A stretch of DNA of 50,843 nucleotides, the filler included, from Catajapyx aquilonaris (lineage: Eukaryota), in NCBI GenBank assembly GCA_000934665.2. It is 3 parts of 3 records of this genome, joined end to end, with 100 filler letters (N's around TTAATTAATTAA, not from the genome) between each part and the next. Parts side by side here need not be neighbours in the genome. Positions count along the whole stretch, not along the records: positions 35,026 to 50,843 come from JYFJ02007379.1; 2 more parts are not named here. One strand, given 5' to 3'. Each line of letters opens with the position of its first letter. The first letter of the stretch is position 1. Positions 35,165 to 47,968 of the stretch are shown piece after piece. A program made the position numbers and the translations under genes. The notes beneath the pieces were generated by a model, which was not told where the DNA came from, did no database searches, and worked only from the letters and a program-made list of their open reading frames with translations.

Positions 35165-37392
35165 TGTGTGTCGTGTAAGTCACAATTTTTAGACATTTTT
35201 AAAATTTTTAGCTGTAGTACCAAAATCTAAAAGTTGATATTAATTACCTTCTCACTACACAGTAGTACCCTTCAAATAATAATAAAAATTGTCAGGTAAT
35301 TTTTGTATAAACATTGTTATAGCCATTTCATTTTTGTCATGTAAGTCACGCTTCCGCTTGGATGCCACTGTCACTATTGTTTCTCGCCTGGTAAAATGGC
35401 ACTTACAGTAGTGGAACGGAAGAAAAAGCAAATGTCGTAGTTAAAGGAAGAAGGGAAGTAAGAGCTGTGCTAGATAAGTGCATTGGAAAGGCAAAAAGTA
35501 GGGTGTTTTTTTTGTTTTTTGTTTAAATCAGTGACATAATTGAGTGAGAGAGAAGCATTAAAGGTAAAATGTAGAGTTTGAGAAGCCATCAATGCCAGAC
35601 AGTTTAATCCAAACACAGCTGGAGAATAAATATTAACATTATATTCATTGAATCAAAGGATATTGAAAGAAGGATAGCTATGCTTGATGAAATGTGAACT
35701 CCTACTAGAAAAGAAGTTGTTTATTTTCCTGACTAAGGAAATCTCATTATTTCAGTACACTTGGACATTATGAACTAGAATATTCTCTTATTTCCAATGC
35801 TTCCATTCTTGAGTTTTATATTGTTTATTTTTAACTTGACTTATTAAAGACATTGTACCACAGACTTCTGGTACTCATACAGCTCATTCACCCCAAATGT
35901 GTAATTCGCGGTTGCAGAATCTACAAATAGTATGGAATCCGCTTTTAGTTTTACAAATAATAAAGCAGATAACTGGATTGTCATTGACTGGAAATGTAAT
36001 GGACAGAACTCACTACATACTTTGTTGGACAAGTTATACCAATTTAAAGACTATTTTATACACACATATAGACTAGATTGTAGTAGCCTACATACATATT
36101 CCGCCTTCATGGCATTATATCCCATGACAGGGTGGCCAGCGATGACCATCAGGTATCACACCTGGCCATCTCACATGGCAATACAATGAATCCACTGCTG
36201 TCTGCTCAGGTACACACATTATATATGCATGACACATGTTCAAATGTTAATTATAAGAATTGTTGCCCTGCACATTCTCATGTAGGCCTATCATTTAAAT
36301 GTTTTAATAAAATAACATGTAATAAGAGAGATTACTTTGTTTCTGTCCTAAAAATCTAAAATTCTTCTCATAAATCTCATCAGAAAGCAATGAGGACAAA
36401 AGTGTTGTGTAAGTCACGTTTCGAGTGTCATGTAAGTCACAAAAGAAAAAATATTATTTCTTGTAAAATTAACAACATAACACCAAGTTCACATAGGCTA
36501 ATAATATTTTAATTTAGGTCTTTGAAAATATCCTCCCTACAATAACACTAACATTTAAGTCATAAATGTGAAGAATTTTACATTCATATCTGAAGCCTCT
36601 GTTACCAGTGGCTTTCTTGTCGTGTAAGTCACACATTCCTATATAATTATATTTATACAGGGTGTAAATGAATTCAACCGACAAACTTCTAGGGTTGATA
36701 GAGGGGACCAAGACGAACATTTTTGACATAGGAAACCGTGTCCGGAAACGCCATCTAGAGGGGGTTCATAGACAAGGAACGGGTGCGCTCAGACGCGTCA
36801 GGCGAGAGGCGCTAGGCGAGCGGACTGTTTTGTTGATAGATGGCGCTCGAATAGTAACCAACGATGCGATGTGCCATAATGTGGCAACAACAGAGTCATC
36901 TAGCAACTAAAGTCCGCCTCCTAGGAGACGCGCGGAGAGTCAAAGCGGTTCTGTTGTCACCAGGTTATGGCGTATCGTGTTGTTGTTTACTTACAACGAC
37001 GCGATGCGCCATAACCTGGCAACAACTGCGCGCCATCTATCAACAAAACAGTCAGCTCGACTTGCGCCTCTCGCGTGACGCGTCTGAGCGCACCCGTTCC
37101 TCGTCTATGAACCCCCTCTAGATGGCGTTTCCGGACACGGTTTCCTATGTCAAAAATGTTTGTCTTGGTCCCCTCTATCACCCCTAAAAGTTTGTCGGTT
37201 GAATTCATTTACACCCTGTATAACTCAAATGAAATGTGCAACTGTTAAAATCAAAACATTAATTAACACTTAGATACAAAGTGCATATTTATGTTTAAAC
37301 ACTCTTTCCTTAAATGCTAAGTTTGTGCTTTAAAAAATTAAAAGTTAGGCATCAACTGAGTGTCATGTCGTGTAAGTCAAGCGTGGAATTAG
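35165..37392. mobile_element. DNA transposon remnant with dispersed GTC(G/A)TGTAAGTCA repeats
   Basis: The motif occurs at about 35170, 35337, 36406, 36427, 36619 and 37367, ending in GCGTGGAATT. Related G(A/G)GCA(A)TTCCA starts occur at 37501 and 50395. Confidence 0.5.
36658..37218. mobile_element. Young CAGGGTG foldback MITE (TA TSD)
   Basis: Near-identical inverted arms of about 190 bp, visible as the mirror ORFs MNSTDKLLG. Confidence 0.92.
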
Positions 37393-38245
37393 ACAGGCAT
37401 ACATAGTGTTACAAACTCATCACCTAATTCATCATCAGACATTCAGACTCCTTATCACTCTGTTCAGCCATACTGCTGTGCTTTAGTGACTTATACTAAT
37501 GGGGCATTCCAAGTCAACTCTGACCACTTTTCCGACAAATATTTTCCAATTTTGACCAAAATTCCTGGGTTTGTAGTAGTTGTGTATGTAAGGAACCGAG
37601 ATTTCGTCTCTTTGTGACACGTGGTTGCGAAACTACAGGGTGTGTAATTGAGATTTTTCACTCATTTGACGATGTGTAATGGAGGCACCTAACCTCTGAA
37701 CCCATAGTGAATCCAAATCTGATAAATGATTTTGGAAGCTCTTCTAAAGGCCTTTAATAATATATCACATTGAAAATAGCTGGGATAAAATCTTTCAATT
37801 TCAAGATGTCGGCAAAATTTTGATTTTAACATAACTCAAAGTTCACTACTTTTGAGATTTTTAGATTGGACCTCAAAATGAATCGTTAAATGTGGGCTTC
37901 ATGTTTCCGAAAAGTCTAGGAGGTGACTTTTGGAATTTCACCTGCTAGAGGGTGAAAACGCAGTTGGTGCAAGCTCTGAACCCTTATGCTGTCACTTGGG
38001 AGGGCTATATTTCCTCAGTGGACTACATGACAGGTCTGATTTTTGTACCAAAAGATGCAGAATGGCCACAAGATGGCAGAACCAAACTCATTTTCGGCCA
38101 AAAGTTGACTTATCCGGTTTTTGCACCAAACCCTTCAATTGTGGACACAATTGACAGAATAGTAGCATATTTGCAGTCTAGAAGTGTGGCACATTATGGT
38201 AAAATGATATGTTTCACGGAAATTTATAATGCACTGTCTAATTAC

Positions 38246-40751
38246 CCTAGAGTAGGCATATATTGAAGAGCATCTCTCATGGTATCCCCATGCAACTTCA
38301 GGGTATGGCCATCATGTGTTGTAACAACTGCCTCCTTAAATGGGAATGTCTGAGGATTTGGAAATCCTACTCCCAGGAAGACCAAGTCTGGTGGAGCCAA
38401 TGATCTTGCTTTTGCTGCAACAGAATATTAATAAGCATCATATTACTTGAGTAAATAAACCCACAAATAACTCACAGCATCTTTCGTAGATTACATTTTT
38501 GTTGTGATTTTAGACAAGCACAGTGTAAGCCTGCAGAAGGATATTTATCCAACATGCATGGCGTACTACCGTGAAACAGGGTGCATAGGGTCTGAATTTT
38601 ACAAAAATTATTGTCATTTTAAAAATTTGAAATATATCAGAATAGCGCTTTTACAGGAATGAAATGAATTTTCCTCTATGAGTTGCCCTAGTTGTTTGAA
38701 AATATTTGTTGAAACTGACACATCACGAAAATCAGCTGTTATTTTAGTGTTATTTTTTATAAGCTACAAACTGTTTGCTGATTCAATCAGTGGTTAGGCT
38801 GATTGCTTTGGTGAATACACAGTGGAATTCAGTAGTGCTTGGGGAGTAATTTGAGATCTCTCTATTAACCCTGTACTGCACACAGTGGCGTCGCTAGGCA
38901 GGTGCGGGGGGTGCGGACCGCACCTGGTGACATCCTCAAAGGGGGTGACACCCAAGTGATTGTTAAAAAAATCATTTCCTAATTTTATATCACCTAATAC
39001 GCTAATAGAACCGCCACACCGGGTGACACGAGTGACACTTAAACACAGGAAACTACGGAAATAATTTAAAGGTGTACACTTTTAAATTTTGTTCTTTTCA
39101 TGACAACTATTCACATGGCAATCAGTGATATACATGAGAGCTTCATTAGTACTAAAAAATAACCAAGTATTATGTATGGTCGGGCACGGGAGAGGGTCCT
39201 GGCCCTTGGGCCAGGGGGGTGGAGGGGGGGGGGGGACACCACGAGTTGCCGCACTGGGTGACAACAACACTAGCGACGCCACTGACTGCACACATTTTGG
39301 ATTTTGGGAAGAAAAAAATTCTAATGCCTTTTCCTCATCATAGGCGACGTAAGGATGGTTTTTATTATGTTTTGGTCATCTCTGACCCAATGACTTTGAA
39401 GTTACATGGGCTGAGTCAAAAGTCATGGCGAGCATTTTTTAAAATTCAAAAACGGTAACACATACAGAGATGACACTTGCTAAGTTTAGAAGGTCCAGCG
39501 ATTACAATAATTTGATCTGATATATAGATGGCATCCATATCACAAGGGGGGCCAGAAAACCAAAGGTGATCAAAACCCCCCACCATTCCACGTCACATGC
39601 AGCTCAGGGTGGGGGGGGGTGTCACGATTCCCTTTCGTCTATCGGCTCCCCTTGAGATCTCTGGGCCATCTATATTCCAGTCCAGATTGTAACAGCCGGA
39701 CCTTCAAAACGTAGTAATGGTCAAATCTGTACATGTTACCGTTTTTGAATAAAAATACGCACAATGACTTAGGACTCAAACCTCATGCAATATTGTGCCT
39801 GAGCCGCCAAAAAATTGTCATGAAATTGTGCTGGCAAAATTATAATGGCCGTGAATGGCGACGAGAAAGCTACTCTTTGCAGTTTACACGTGTAATTGGA
39901 TATTTAATATCTGCACCTATATCTAATCAGCTCCAGAAACAATATTGCTGCTTCAGCAAATTCATATTTCGCGCCATTTTCAATGACCTTGGCTTCTCTC
40001 CGCTTCATACCATAACCTGATCGTATCATTGTCGACATTGCTTGTCATCTAGTGGAAGCTAACAAACTAACTGTCACATCAAGCCACACTGTGGTTTCCA
40101 GGACCAGTGTTGAAGCTTATGGCGCCTGTGCAAATTAATTGTTGCCCTCAAGCCACAATGCGCTGTTAAAACTCCTGAGCTATCTTATAATTTTGTGTGT
40201 ATGAGAACATGCATTTTTCCTACTTTTTCAGTATGGGCCTATTGTTGGGCACACATCCTAAGATGGTGAATAATGTAGGCCTACAATATATCAATCCAAT
40301 AAATTTTCATGGAGCAAATGGATTTAAGTGGAAACTAACTAATAAAACTGTGGAGCCATGCAACTAATAGCAAGCTATATGTGGCATCATGCAACATCAG
40401 TTCAGTTACGTCATGATTGAAATAACAACTGCTAATCCAACCTTCCATACAGCTTCCATATACTCTTGTGTGACTACCAGAAGCTCTTACACTTCCATGA
40501 CCTTTCATACTCGCTCTGCCAAATGCATTTATTTGTAATTGCCCCCCCTGACAACTTTGCTTTATTGAATAAAACATCTTCATCAATACATCATGGACTA
40601 CTGTTATGATAATATCACCATACATAATAGGCTTATATTTATAATACTTCCTGTCAGATTTAAAAAATAATTAACTTCACTTACTGAGCTCTCTAAGAAT
40701 GGATGGCTGCCTCTTGAGTGCCACAGCATTGAGGAACCTGGTATAGTTCAT
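38246..40751 (-). CDS. AADAT: Kynurenine/alpha-aminoadipate aminotransferase (KAT II-like), first two coding exons only
   Basis: Exon 40751-40685 (MNYTRFLNAVALKRQPSILREL, phase 1, GTAAG) joins exon 38414-38246 (TKARSLAPPDLVFLGVGFPNPQTFPFKEAVVTTHDGHTLKLHGDTMRDALQYMPTLG, GTAATT). This matches the AADAT N-terminus as I recall it (MNYARF..PSPIR..GGLPNP..FPF..ALQYSPS.G). No downstream exons were found before the linker at 35025. Confidence 0.85.
38883..39284. mobile_element. hAT MITE
   Basis: TIR CAGTGGCGTCGCTAG and a perfect 8-bp TSD ACTGCACA at 38875-38882 and 39285-39292. Confidence 0.9.
39400..39790. repeat. Degenerate foldback element in an AADAT intron
   Basis: Imperfect arms sharing ATTCAAAAACGGTAACA / TGTTACCGTTTTTGAAT and GAAGGTCC / GGACCTTC. 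Confidence 0.6.
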
Positions 40752-41322
40752 TGTAAGCCTCTCAAAAAATTTGCAATACTAAAAAAAATATGTAGTCGAG
40801 CGCGAGCCAGTTACGTCTTAGCATCACATTTATGCAACACGTGTGTACAAGCCGTGGCATAAACAGAGCAAAAAATGCCTCTCTGGTGTGATCCCCTCGT
40901 CAAACGTGACCTTCTCGACCTATCCCATAATCTGTCACCGCTACCAAGCATTTCAGCTGACGCGAGTTATGATTATTTGCCCAAATATCATCACATTTAT
41001 TATTTTCTGACTTATACGCATCTGGCAGCTGCATCCGAATAGGGTTGCGTCCGATTGGTCTCTATCATAGAGCTTGCAAGGCTATAGCAAGGCTACTTCT
41101 AGAAGTAGTCTTGGAGCGCCTTGGAGCTTGTTCGAGCTTGTTTCATGATTACAGTAGAACCCGTATTTCCAACTTCTTCATATTTTTTGTACCAATCAGG
41201 CTTGAGGTTACTTGGGTAAATGCATGGGTAAATGCGGGTAAATGTCATGGTAAATCGTAAATGTGCAGAAAGCAAGGCAGAAAGCGACATTCTGATAAAT
41301 ATTGTATAGATTGATCGAAGAA

Positions 41323-41330
41323 TATCGATA
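41323..41330. promoter_or_regulatory. DRE element TATCGATA (AADAT side)
   Basis: Exact DRE palindrome about 570 bp upstream of the AADAT ATG. Confidence 0.4.
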
Positions 41331-41742
41331 TTTTTGGTAACAATAAAAACGACGATAATCTGGGAGAATCAATAGTAACTTAACGATAGAATCTGAATAT
41401 ACTTACTCATGAACTGCTTTACTCTGTTATGAAAGCTTTTAATAACACTGTGATTTAACAAATAGGTAATAAAAGTTGTGCTTTTTGAGAAGCTAAAATT
41501 GTAAAGTCTAACATACCATATATAGGCCTTAATCACATTCTGATCATTGGATATATATCCTCCATCTACTTATGTTAGGGTTGAGTGTTGGTGTTCGTGT
41601 TGTCACAGATTCACTAATGACTAATGCGAGACTATATAAGAAATTGAGAATAATCTGGAATAATATATTATACTATCTATCAGACTATCACTTAATTCGC
41701 AACCACACCTAGTTAACAAAACGTTTAGAGACTACAAGCTTA

Positions 41743-42123
41743 GGGGTCGTCCATAATCCGCGCGGACAAGTGAAGGGGGGGAGGGGGGTTGCACTTTGTC
41801 CGCTTTTGTCCGTACAGGGGGGTGGGGGTAGAAGTCAGTTGTACGCGCGGACAATAAACGTCAAATGAATATTATAAGGACTCGGCCGTTTTTTTAGTCA
41901 GACCTCTCAAATATACCGTAATGCCTCTGAAAAAAGGAATTTGTGTGTAGATATCAAAACATAAAAAATACCAATATATTGAAAATAACACTTTCAGTGT
42001 GGCGAAGCNTGTCCGCGCAATTTTTAGGGGGGGAGGTAAGAAATTGTCCGCTTCTGTCCGCAAAGGGGAGGGGGGGAGGTAAAAAAGTGAAAAAATCTGT
42101 CCGCGCGGATTATGGACGGCCCC
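41743..42123. mobile_element. PIF/Harbinger (Tourist-like) MITE
   Basis: TTA|GGGGTCGTCCATAATCCGCGCGGACA ... TGTCCGCGCGGATTATGGACGGCCCC|TTA. Confidence 0.9.
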
Positions 42124-42509
42124 TTAGGTACTATAAGAACCCCTTTCAATTGTCAGTTTTCCACGAATTGTAGTTTGACAGAAATGATTCCGTAAGAGAC
42201 TACAAAACGAAAGACGTGGGTTCGAGACACATTCGGCGAAGTGGTAAACAAATAAGAATGATATAGGTGGGATCAGGTGGGATAAGCGAAAAACACATTA
42301 TCAGCAATGCCAGCAATATAGGCTACCTCTATCCCGTTGCCTCATCCACTTGACCATATTTAAATGGTGCCATTCTCCTTCACCTATTTACCTGTACCCA
42401 TATGGCCATTTAAATGGTGTGCTGGCCATATAGGTGAAAGAGAATAGAACCATTTAAATAGAAAAACATTAGCAGCCTCGTCTTTCATCGTTTACGGTAC
42501 GAAGTAAGT

Positions 42510-42517
42510 TATCGATA
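42510..42517. promoter_or_regulatory. DRE element TATCGATA (Apaf-1 side)
   Basis: Exact DRE palindrome upstream of the probable Apaf-1 first exon. Confidence 0.4.
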
Positions 42518-43171
42518 CTTTAAGCTTTTCATATTTCCGATTATATCGGAAGAATGCCGCTTTCTGCACATTTACCGACACTTGATTACATCACCCACCA
42601 CTTTTACAATTCCTTTCTGTAAAACATAATTAAACATAAAATAAGATTTTTTGAATATAACAAATCAAATTATTAACCGCATACGCATCTTTATTTCAAA
42701 GAGAGCGTCCGAAACTCGGATTCGTTGCACGGTTGCGTCTGAAACTTCTCGGTGTGTAACCCTTGGGTAACCAGCGAAGCCAGTAGCGGCCAGTAGCCAA
42801 GCCAGCAAATGCCTCTGGGCTCGTGTTAATCTGGTAATTGCCACTTTATTAATCCAGTATTTATTATGTGCCATTAATATCTGTGGAGGGTGTGTATTAG
42901 TGATGTCAAGGTAAGTGTAATCACGAAGTCAGTTAACAACACACGAGCGTGTGAAAAAAAGGGGCTACAGGAAATGAATCATTGTTGATAAATGCTTCCC
43001 ATTAGTAGCAATGTAGAGATAGCAGGAGATAACAAATGAGAAGTAGCCCAACAGACAGCAGATAACAGGTGTAATGGGAGCCAGTGCAAATATTGGCAGG
43101 AGTTTTGTGAGCAAAAGTGGTGTGCAATGCTTTGCATCTTGTTTCCAGCCCCCAGTGATGAGGATGTGACC

Positions 43172-46100
43172 ATGGACCAGCACGAGAAGCAGAGCCTAAT
43201 TCACTGCCGCAGCCGAATAGTTCAGGATTTGGAAGTCCAGAATGTGATCGACCACCTGCTAGCATGTGGGGTGCTGAGTGTCGATGACAAGGAGAAGATT
43301 TTTGCCAAGGTAAATATTAAGACAGTGATCGCAAGTATTCAAGTACAGTATAATCTAATGAAAGGGTGATTTGGGAAAATAAATGCATATTATTTTTAAA
43401 TGGTTTGCAAATTTATTTTAATTAAAATGCTTCGAGATATCCAAATGAAAGTACACACCCTTACACGTCTTTAAAGGTATGTTTCTAGGACATTGGTGCA
43501 CTTATCCCACTGTAATCTTTCACCTTCACTTCTGATGAGAACTTCTTTCTCAACTTTGTCAAGTCAGAAGTTTTGTCAACACTGCATGGACCATGTGCAG
43601 CTGATCATTGTCATAAATGAGACATCTTTTTTTCTTTTTTTCTTGTGACATTTTGGCTAGAAGGTCTTTCAAACATCCTACATACACTCTTGACCTTGCA
43701 CCAGTGACTTCCACCTCTTTGTATCTCTAATAATAAGCTAGGTTATGGCTGGAAAGAAGTTCTCATAGCAGTAGGCGCAGATGTGGCTTTATATGCAAAG
43801 AGCAGTCTATCATGAATAAGAAGTTTAGAAATCCTTCTCTTCCCATGGGAGATGTGCATCAATGAATCTGGGACCTTGAAATATAGGTTAGGATGTGTAC
43901 TTTATTACTAAGATTAATTTGCAAAATATGGAGCGGCACAGTGGTCTAGTGGTTATTGCCACAGCCTTCCACCTCTGAGGTCCCGAGTTCGATCCCTGGA
44001 TCAGACGGAGGATACTTATGTGGATACTTATGTGGATACGTATGTGGATAGAGTTTCGATGGGTTCTCTCCATGTTTGCGTGGGTTTTCTCAGCGTTCTC
44101 CCCTTTCCTCCCACAATCAAAACTCATCACAGCACAGGCAAATGATTAAAGTCGGTCAAATGAAAAGATTATCCCCTAAAAGGCCCAAGGAGGCCTATCA
44201 CGGGATATCCATTATTATTATTACAGTGAAACCTGTGTATTGCGGTATCGCACGGGACCCCAAAAAATTTCCATGGTGGATAGGTTTCCACATATTCAGA
44301 TCAAGGACGTTACGGATATTTTTTTGTGGATGAGAAAGAGAGTTATGTATTCCTTCCACGGTGTGTGTGTTGGTCACTAAGCCTGAGATGGTGGGACCAT
44401 GTTTACTTTCTGTTCTTGTCAATATTTTAGTATTAATTTTCACATGAACAGAAAACAAAACACAATTGCTTACAATGTGTAATACTGACTTTTTAATTTG
44501 AAATTTTGACATAGTTGTTTCTGTCTTCTACAAAAGGACACCAACAGAGGTCGTTCCCGACAACTTCTTGATCTGTTGCCCTGCAGAGGACCAACTGCAT
44601 ACAGTGCTTTCTTGACTGCCCTGGCCCCCAACTACACCTGGTTGGTGGAAGATCTGACCCGAGGAAGGAATGGCCTGCTATGGGGATCACCTGCATCAGG
44701 CAATCATGATCACAGTGGAGTAGCTGCAGCTGGAGGAGACGAGCTCAATGGGAGGAGATTCTTGAGTGGTGATTCTGTTTCCCAGGACTCCTTTATCTCA
44801 TCACAGCAGCAAGTACAAGATGCATTGCTTAAGGGTGGGGTACCACAGCCCCCACCCCATCAGATAAAGAGAATGGCTAAGGTATTACTGTTTTCAAATT
44901 CACTCTTCACTAAGTACAATTTAGTACACTTTATTTTCCAGATGGATGAAATAATTTCCTACCTTCGAACATTGGAACGTGGTCAATTTTTAGTTCTTCA
45001 TGGGATGTCAGGGTGTGGGAAATCGGTCCTTGCAGCCCAGTGTGTGAGTAGTCCTCATATGGTTCACAACACATTCCAGGGCGGTGTGTTCTGGCTGCCA
45101 GTGGGGAATGTTGCACAGCTTGGTAAGTTTCTTGTTTGCAAGACTAGTCCTATGATAAGTCATAACTGCAATGGGTGATAAGGGTGAGTGTTACTTGTTC
45201 AAAGGCTAATGCAGCCACACTAAAAAACCCTACCTTATTGCACATTGCATCTATAATTTATTTTCATAGGCTGGTAAACGAGAGTACAATGTGACTCTAA
45301 ATTTATCATTCTCTTGTAATTCATGAAGGCAGGGATGCTCTTCTGGCCAAAATGCGCACCTTGCTGGAGAAGCTGGAGCAGACTGGATCCCCACAGAGTG
45401 TGGAGCATGCCACACAAATGCTGCGTAACATGTTTCTAAAGGAACATTATAAGCAAAACGTACTGGTGTTAGATGATGTCTGGAATTGTGAAGTGGTTAA
45501 GGCCTTTGATGTGGGCTGCAAGATAGTTATCACCACCAGAGATGTGTCAGTTGTTGACATGATGGGTAGCAGGAGGTGCATTGTTGTTGTGAGTATATTT
45601 AATCCAGTTTTGATTAATCATGTGATGCTAATGGGCTTGGGTGATAGATTCCTCAGGGCTTCACGGAAGGGGAGGCCATGGACTATTTCTCTGCCTGTGT
45701 GAGTGTACTAGTTGACAAGTTGCCTGCACAAGCTAAAGACATCTATTACCAGTGTAAAGGTATGGTTTGCTTCATTTGGTGTAATTGTGTTGGTATGTTT
45801 CATGCCAGTTTGTATACAGGTTACAGGGTGACCCAAAAGTCTGGACACATAGATAATTGTATTGCATTGTTGGTTGCCAGTTGTCAGGCAATAATACTTA
45901 ATACAATTACCTGTGTCCAGGCTTTTGGAATACCCTTTATATGGGAAAGTCATATTGTGCAAGGATGCACCTGGTTAATAACTATTGCAGAAAGTATAGA
46001 TGAATTAACAAGACATTGGTTTTAGGCCACAAGGTGATTAATATGGAAAGAGATGAGCTACACTGCTGTCCTACTGAAAAACCTCATGTCTGAATGTAGC

Positions 46101-47918
46101 AATAGGGTTGAGCTTTTCGAGTTGCCTCAACCAAATAGTGTGCCTCAGAGTGTCCAGATGGCAAGGTGATCAATCTGGATGAGATCTGAAAAACTTCGTG
46201 CCCCTTGGCCAAGTCCTGCAAAGTACCCACAGGTCCTGAAATGCTGGTCAACCCATGCAGGCTCACCTTGGGGCTGAATTTCAAGTTGCATGGTCTTCCT
46301 CGCCTCCTTCAAGCACCTCAGCTATAAAAAAGCATAAGGCAGTAATAATTTGGGTAGTGGTGACCTTTTCGGTATTGCACGGACCTTCATTTATTTTTGC
46401 AATTTTTACATACAGACTTATGTTTTCATTGCAACGTCCTGGTCCACAGGCATGTGGGGAAGGGGAAGTTCCCAAGGGAGGGAGCTCTTAAGTAGTTTCT
46501 AGTCATTGCAGACCCTCAGAGCACCAGACCTTTTCTCCTGGGACTGGGCAGAGTAGGGAGTGCAAGTCTGATAAGGCAGTAATAACTCACTATTGGGGTT
46601 ATGCAGAATGATTCTACAATAATTCTAGGTCAGATTGGTGGGGAGGTGGGAACTGCCTCTGAATAAATAATGTACAGGATTGCAATGCACTGGAACTTAT
46701 ATAACTTAATAAAACTGACCAATGTGTACCCAGGGGTCGAATTTTAACATTTTTGTCCAGATGCAAAGTTTGCACTCCAGACTTTTATCTGGCGTGCAAA
46801 TTACATACTTGGAGTGCTTAATTTTTTATTGCTGGGTATTGCCATGTTTAAAAGCATGACCAACTGGAGTGCAAACTTTGCACTCCGAGGCTCAATCTGG
46901 AGTGCAGATGACAATTTTGGAGTGCAAATTGCACCTTTGCATCTGAATAATTCAACCCCTGTCTACCTTTGAATTTCTTGGGTTATACTATAGAATGAGG
47001 ATGGAGGTGAGAGAGGATGGGGTGGGAGCTGTACGTATGCTTGTAGTCACAGGGCTGCATATTATTTATTCAGAGCCCCCTTCTCCATGAGTACCCAACC
47101 TCCCATTGTCATTCTGCATTACCCTAAGAGTTAATTGTTACTGCCTTCTGCCGTGCAGTCTTGCACGGCTTGTCGCTCAGGTGCTTGGAGGAGAGAGGAA
47201 AGAGGCAATGTAACTTGAAATGCAGCCTGGACAAGGAGAGTTAGCCTGGGTTGACCAGCTTTTCAAGACCCTGGGATGCTTTACAGGACATGGCTGAATG
47301 GCAAGAAGTTAAGGGGCTGCCTACAGATCTCATGCAGAGTTATTGCTCTGCCACTTAGACACTTTACCCACTACTTGGGCCAAGAAACTAAACCGTTCCC
47401 CCCTCAAGAAACTCAATGTTATTTGTTATGTGCAGATGCTAGGTTTTTGGTAGGATAGCCTTACGGTATTTTACAATTGGGAGAAATTATGATTCTGTCT
47501 GCTGAACAACTGTATCATTCCATTGACCACCTTACAGACTGACACTCTCATAACACATGACGAATATACTAATGTTTCATATTGTACTGTATGTGTAATG
47601 CTTGCCCTGTTCTCAAGGTAACCCAATGGTGATATCTTTAATTGGTGCTATGCTGGAGGAGAACAAGGCTGATGCACGTCACAACACTGGACGTTGGCAA
47701 CACTGCCTGTCAGTCCTGAGCAGAAAAAAGATACCCACGTTGAACTATCCCCATGATGGACGTATCCTGGATGCCATTCGTATGAGTATAGATTGCTTGG
47801 ACTCAACACCTATAAAGGGAGGGGGAGATGCTGCGGCAAATGATCTCAAGAACTACTACAGAGACTTTGCTATATTTGTTGATGATGTGAACATTTCCAC
47901 GAAGGTATTGCATAGTGC

Positions 47919-47968
<50 letters not shown>

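Noticed and set aside
35844..36189. Short ORFs as AADAT 3' exons or a transposase
   Set aside because: No aminotransferase or DDE motifs are recognisable.
36668..37208. Paired ORFs MNSTDKLLG on opposite strands as duplicated genes
   Set aside because: They are mirror translations of MITE inverted arms.
38476..38535. Alternative AADAT first exon (AG...GTGAG bounded)
   Set aside because: The frame resembling exon 1 contains a stop and does not join exon 2 in phase. The genuine exon 1 is at 40685-40751.
42665..42874. Minus-strand ORF as a mitochondrial presequence exon of AADAT
   Set aside because: No convincing donor/acceptor pairing, and it overlaps the probable Apaf-1 5' exon.
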